Shown in pieces: positions 36,068-39,642 of a stretch of DNA of 39,642 bases. Made by a program: the position numbers and the translations under genes. This DNA comes from a virus. Lineage: Duplodnaviria > Caudoviricetes. The first letter of the stretch is position 1. Every line of letters starts with the position of its first letter. The stretch lies in the IMG/VR virus record IMGVR_UViG_3300037518_000308, positions 1-39,642 of that record; one strand, 5' to 3'. The notes below the pieces were generated by a model. It did not search any database. It was not told where the DNA came from and saw only the letters and a list, made by a program, of their open reading frames with translations.

Positions 36068-36340
36068 TCATTGTTCATTCTCATCTTTCATTGTTCCATT
36101 TATAAGTGTGTATATTTTTTTTGAGTCTTCAAAAATTACTTTAAGTATATCTTCTTCTGATTTATTACAACCAATCTTTTTCATTGTTATTAAAAAAATA
36201 GATGTAAGTTGTGTTATAATTTTATAATTGAATTCAAATAAATTCTCTTTTGGTATTATTTTACTAATAGAATTAAAGCAGTTTATAAAATCAGAAACGC
36301 ATTTTGATACAAATATTTTTTCTTCTTCTTTTTCGCTCAT
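36068..36340 (-). CDS. ~90-aa helical protein, possible family A copy 4
   Basis: GGAG RBS before ATG 36340; acidic start, ISK.IP..N...F...I..Q..SI pattern. Confidence 0.6.
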   Translation of the reverse strand: MSEKEEEKIFVSKCVSDFINCFNSISKIIPKENLFEFNYKIITQLTSIFLITMKKIGCNKSEEDILKVIFEDSKKIYTLINGTMKDENEQ

Positions 36341-36484
36341 GTTAACTCCTAAAGTTTTGTATATATTATTTTTCATTAAAGTGTACACAAACATATATGT
36401 ATACACAAAGTGTATACTATGATTATATGTTCAAAAATCTCAAAAAAATGTGCATTTAATTTTACAAGACATATGACAAGAAAA

Positions 36485-36976
36485 TTATTTATCAGCTAGA
36501 TTTTTGAAAAGCTGTGAATGTTTTTTAAAAACCACATCTTTTGCGTCAGAAAATGTGTAAATATCACTGATTTCCCAAGGACATGTTTCAGGGAACACAT
36601 TTATTTCGAGTCCTGTTTCTTGAGATGCTTTATTTCTTGCGTACTGGTAAGAGTCTTTAAATATTTTCTTCATTTCATTTTTCAGACTAGGACTATCTTT
36701 CAGAAGCAGCATGATTTCTGTTCTTGCATTTGATATAGATTGATCCCAAGAAGATGTGTGCTTTTCTTTTTGATATTCTATCTTTAGAAGATGCATAAGA
36801 AGATTGATAAGATGACTATTAAGAGCGCGTTTTTCAGATTTTCCCAATGATTCGATTTCCTCTCTCAAGTTATCTATGTCTATTTTTTCGAATTCTCTAT
36901 TTTTCAATAGCAAAGCTTGTTGCTTAGTCCATTTGAAAAAATCATGTTCGTAAGATTTTGTGTGGATTGATTTCAT
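36485..36976 (-). CDS. DUF29 family protein
   Basis: YEHDFFKW..QQA.LL......ID..NL.EEIESLGKSEKR.L.S.L..LLMHLLK..YQ, SW..SI...R, SPSLK, ETGL...FP..CPW. Confidence 0.92.
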   Translation of the reverse strand: MKSIHTKSYEHDFFKWTKQQALLLKNREFEKIDIDNLREEIESLGKSEKRALNSHLINLLMHLLKIEYQKEKHTSSWDQSISNARTEIMLLLKDSPSLKNEMKKIFKDSYQYARNKASQETGLEINVFPETCPWEISDIYTFSDAKDVVFKKHSQLFKNLADK

Positions 36977-37020
36977 AGAAGTATATTACCAAAGTATATG
37001 ATTGTCTTAAATGGTAAACG

Positions 37021-37323
37021 TTATTTCTTAATGTTTAGATATATGATTCCACACATATCTATAAGTACTACTATGATAACAAAAACACATAAAGCCATTC
37101 CAAGACCTGGAACAGAAAGAGCAAGCATAGATGGTAGAAGTAAGTTGTTTAAAGATAATACAGCACAGTGTATGCCGTAAAATATGATTCCATCTGCAAT
37201 TGCATTTAGAACAATTAGAACAGATCCAATCAAAATGCCGACATCTAAAGCAACGTGCAACTTGTCATTACGTTCAGGAACTTTTAGGGATATGTGAGTA
37301 TCTACACGTCTAACTGAATCCAT
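37021..37323 (-). CDS. Membrane protein with a bilobed hydrophobic domain (holin- or Inc-like)
   Basis: Hydrophilic ~22-aa N-terminus followed by two long hydrophobic lobes; AAGGA RBS. Confidence 0.6.
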   Translation of the reverse strand: MDSVRRVDTHISLKVPERNDKLHVALDVGILIGSVLIVLNAIADGIIFYGIHCAVLSLNNLLLPSMLALSVPGLGMALCVFVIIVVLIDMCGIIYLNIKK

Positions 37324-37340
37324 ATTGCATCCTTGTTATT

Positions 37341-37362
37341 AAAAAAGGGGTATTACTACCCC
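37341..37362 (-). terminator. Intrinsic terminator closing the late operon
   Basis: Minus strand GGGGTA-GTAA-TACCCC-TTTTTT. Confidence 0.7.
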
Positions 37363-37383
37363 AAAAACCCCACAAAGGTTTGT

Positions 37384-37611
37384 TTATTCTGGACTACCAG
37401 GAGTCAAATCAATATCAAGCCCTGTTTTCTGCTCGATTAAATCTTCAAATAACTCTTCTATCACATTGTCATCATCAAGTCCAAACTTTTTATTGATAGA
37501 TGAACATCCACACGGTAAGTAAAGTGTGATACCTACAATTACTAGGATTGAGTAGAAACCCAAAACATATTTACCAAGTTGAATGTATGATTTTTCTTCA
37601 CTCATATTCAC
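37384..37611 (-). CDS. Putative lipoprotein / membrane-anchored protein
   Basis: Signal-like hydrophobic segment ending PCGCSS; acidic tail DN.IEE..ED.IE..TGLDIDLTP.SPE. Confidence 0.65.
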   Translation of the reverse strand: MNMSEEKSYIQLGKYVLGFYSILVIVGITLYLPCGCSSINKKFGLDDDNVIEELFEDLIEQKTGLDIDLTPGSPE

Positions 37612-37636
37612 TCCTTTTAAAAGAAGCAGTCTAGGA

Positions 37637-37804
37637 CTACTTCTTCTTGTATTGTGCTTTTGGTGTTAAAGACTTAGCCGGAGTCCTAGGATTGGGCTTA
37701 GTGCCTTGTACATAAGAAACTAGAGGCTTCTTAGTCTTTCCTGTAACCTTTCCTTCAAGCTTAGAGAAAGGTCCACGATTATCTTGTTTACTCATCTTCT
37801 TCAT
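37637..37804 (-). CDS. Small Lys/Pro-rich basic protein (55 aa, not in track)
   Basis: MKKMSKQDNRGPFSKLEGKVTGKTKKPLVSYVQGTKPNPRTPAKSLTPKAQYKKK; ATGA overlap with the upstream gene. Confidence 0.6.
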   Translation of the reverse strand: MKKMSKQDNRGPFSKLEGKVTGKTKKPLVSYVQGTKPNPRTPAKSLTPKAQYKKK

Positions 37805-37935
37805 TTCTTCTTACCTTTCTTTAAAGACTTCATGAGTTTTGTGTCATCTTTGATCTGCTCACGAAACTCTTTCTTGTCTTCTTTTAAATGGGATATAACT
37901 TTTTTTATCTTTCCATTTTTTTGTTTGGCTTTCAT
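37801..37935 (-). CDS. Small Lys-rich protein (44 aa, not in track)
   Basis: MKAKQKMEKIKKVISHLKEDKKEFREQIKDDTKLMKSLKKGKKK; ATGA overlaps at both ends. Confidence 0.6.
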   Translation of the reverse strand: MKAKQKNGKIKKVISHLKEDKKEFREQIKDDTKLMKSLKKGKKK

Positions 37936-38267
37936 GTTTTCTTCTTCTTTTTGTGTTTGCATCCTGATTTTTTTGTTGCAACAGCTTGTTTTTTAGGACG
38001 ATCCTCAACTTTCATTTCTGTTTTAATGTTTTGTCTAACAGCAATTACATCTGGGTCACAACTGACTAAATCAGAGTTAATTGAGTTAGATACATTTTCA
38101 GAGTTTTCGACAAATTTTACTCTCGAATCATTAGAAACTCCTTCCTCGATAACATCGGATTCCCTTGCAATAGGGACAGATGAACTTAGAACTCCCTGGT
38201 GCAAAGCTTCAGAGGGAATTTCTTTTTGTCTAATAATCTTTTGGCTTTTTCCTGTTATTAATGGCAT
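37932..38267 (-). CDS. Small basic phage protein (MPL..GKS...NI..EM....P.KQAVA type) with a 65-aa internal insertion
   Basis: GAGGA RBS; the conserved-looking halves are separated by 195 bp bounded by a 10-bp direct repeat. Confidence 0.65.
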   Translation of the reverse strand: MPLITGKSQKIIRQKEIPSEALHQGVLSSSVPIARESDVIEEGVSNDSRVKFVENSENVSNSINSDLVSCDPDVIAVRQNIKTEMKVEDRPKKQAVATKKSGCKHKKKKKT

Positions 38268-38276
38268 ATATCCTCA

Positions 38277-39188
38277 TTAAGCTACGATTGCCCAGTTGAT
38301 TGTTGATGTATCTGCTGCATCTTCTGATGTAATATCAAAGTCAACACCTGGATCTATAGTTATAAGCATTGGCATTGGGTCTGTGACAGTACCTAGAGCT
38401 ACGATTGACAAACATATTACAGAGTCAGCTAAAGCGGCTGTTGTAGCCACTGTGGCAGCTCCTCCCACTAGAGTCACGGCGCCTTTGCGAGGGTTGGTGC
38501 CTCCAGATGTTAATACAGGCCCGGCTTCTGCTGGGTAAAGCATCACATCATCATCATCTACCAAGATACCAGATTCTTGGACAGCTCCAAGTGCTCCATT
38601 AAATCTAGTTAATGCATTGTCGGTTGAAGATGCTGGTCCAACAGCTAATACATTGCGTGTAGGGACGTCATCTGTATAAGTAAGGTGTACTCCATCATAC
38701 TCAATAGCACCTTCTTCAGGAGTTGTTAAATTGACTCCTAGTGTTAGCTTTAGAGGTGATGTACCAGCTGCTGCCGTCCCGGCTGCAATGGTTACCCAGG
38801 CTGTAGGCGCTATACCAATACCGATAGATGTCAATCCTGTCAAAACACCTGTATCTGACAATATACCCACACTGTTCTGGATGATAGTTCCACTAGTAGA
38901 GTCAAATCTTGCTAATGCATTATCTGTAGAGCTTGCAGGACCAACTACTGTGCCGGATGCATCTACAGTGATAGGCTCCCAGTTGGCAACAGGCCCACTG
39001 CTTACACTTGTTAAGACGTAGGCATTATCCCCGCTCTTATCAGACCATATCGTAGGGATTGGGAATACTCCACCTGCTGTTGGATGATAAACATCTGAGG
39101 TTGTAGGTGCTCTATCCATAGAAATAGCAGGCACTGTGGAATATTTTAAGGGTGGATACCCAAGTTTATATGTTGACGGTGTAGTCAT
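38277..39188 (-). CDS. Tail fibre protein 2 (303 aa)
   Basis: N-terminal ~73 aa paralogous to fibre 1; two GPASSTDNAL.RF repeats; AGGAG RBS. Confidence 0.8.
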   Translation of the reverse strand: MTTPSTYKLGYPPLKYSTVPAISMDRAPTTSDVYHPTAGGVFPIPTIWSDKSGDNAYVLTSVSSGPVANWEPITVDASGTVVGPASSTDNALARFDSTSGTIIQNSVGILSDTGVLTGLTSIGIGIAPTAWVTIAAGTAAAGTSPLKLTLGVNLTTPEEGAIEYDGVHLTYTDDVPTRNVLAVGPASSTDNALTRFNGALGAVQESGILVDDDDVMLYPAEAGPVLTSGGTNPRKGAVTLVGGAATVATTAALADSVICLSIVALGTVTDPMPMLITIDPGVDFDITSEDAADTSTINWAIVA

Positions 39189-39221
39189 ATTTTCTCCTTA
39201 TGTTGAAATTTCTTCATATTT

Positions 39222-39461
39222 TCAACTTATTGTTCCTTGGACTGACCCTACAACCGCCATCTTTGCTTCGGGTGTTTGAGCGTTGTCCCATTCTGTTAAA
39301 TAAAAATCTATGCGCGATGTGCATGATGACATAATGTTTTGCATTTCTAAGATCTTTTGCTCATCAGCCGTTACTAAGCATGTTAGTGGGTCGTTTGTGC
39401 AAAATCTTTTCCAATCGAATGTTTGTTTTAATATTAATTCGAATTCTTCTCTCGTTATCAT
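39222..39461 (-). CDS. Small protein downstream of fibre 1 (possible fibre chaperone)
   Basis: AGGAG RBS overlapping the fibre 1 stop; position between the two fibre genes. Confidence 0.55.
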   Translation of the reverse strand: MITREEFELILKQTFDWKRFCTNDPLTCLVTADEQKILEMQNIMSSCTSRIDFYLTEWDNAQTPEAKMAVVGSVQGTIS

Positions 39462-39470
39462 TTAAAACTC

Positions 39471-39642
39471 CTATACAACTGTGAAAAGTGGATAAAAACA
39501 TGTGGCACTAATGAATCTATTTCCATTAGTAAAAAGAGACCATGTCAAAGAAGTCGCTAATCCATCTCCTCTAAGCCTTAACTGCTGTACCGATCCAGCA
39601 GTAGACTGAGCCATCATAAGATTTAGATTTCCTCCAGCTGCA
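39471..39642 (-). CDS. Tail fibre 1, 3' end (continuation across the origin)
   Basis: In frame: ...SLFTNGNR-FISATCFYPLFTVV-stop (TAG at 39473-39471). Confidence 0.8.
   Translation of the reverse strand, partial: AAGGNLNLMMAQSTAGSVQQLRLRGDGLATSLTWSLFTNGNRFISATCFYPLFTVV
39516..39642. repeat. 127-bp terminal direct repeat, right copy
   Basis: Identical to 1-127. Confidence 0.97.

Noticed and set aside
38029-38233. Group I intron, hammerhead ribozyme or intein as the identity of the insert
   Set aside because: No convincing P7 (R/S) elements or U-/G- splice boundaries; CUAAUGA...GAAA lacks the hammerhead stem layout; no Cys/Ser...His-Asn intein ends.
38277-39188. Diversity-generating retroelement or invertible tail-fibre switch
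   Set aside because: No reverse transcriptase and no adenine-specific TR/VR pair. The fibres are co-oriented, share only N-termini, and lie far from the serine recombinase.
39516-39642. 127-bp terminal repeat as a biological DTR or att site
   Set aside because: It falls inside a tail-fibre coding region and its length matches a common assembler k-mer overlap; it shows circularity only.
1-39642. Alternative genetic code or stop-codon reassignment
   Set aside because: Core genes are full length in the standard code and TAA, TAG and TGA all serve as stops.

Overview
A complete, circularly permuted genome of a ~39.5 kb short-tailed (P22/N4-like podovirus) dsDNA phage; bases 1-127 are repeated exactly at 39516-39642. 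The minus-strand virion module runs terminase large subunit, portal, scaffold, N4-gp56-type major capsid, adaptor, nozzle, three ejection proteins and two tail fibres with a shared N-terminus, one of which crosses the origin and is missing from the ORF track. The small terminase lies about 6.2 kb upstream of the large one. The gap holds an intact RtcB RNA ligase, a collagen/BclA-like gene, two DUF551 genes and a second HTH replication-initiator-like gene with a putative antisense RNA in its leader. The early region carries ArdA, expanded families of small proteins, a serine resolvase, RusA, a SpoVG-like protein, an initiator with internal iterons plus a DnaC-like loader, a PD-(D/E)XK exonuclease/RecT pair and DUF29. 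I found no endolysin, CI-like repressor, tyrosine integrase, tRNA or CRISPR array. Several clues point, by inference only, to an environmental Chlamydiae host and a possible plasmid-like prophage state. All family assignments come from recognised motifs, not database searches.
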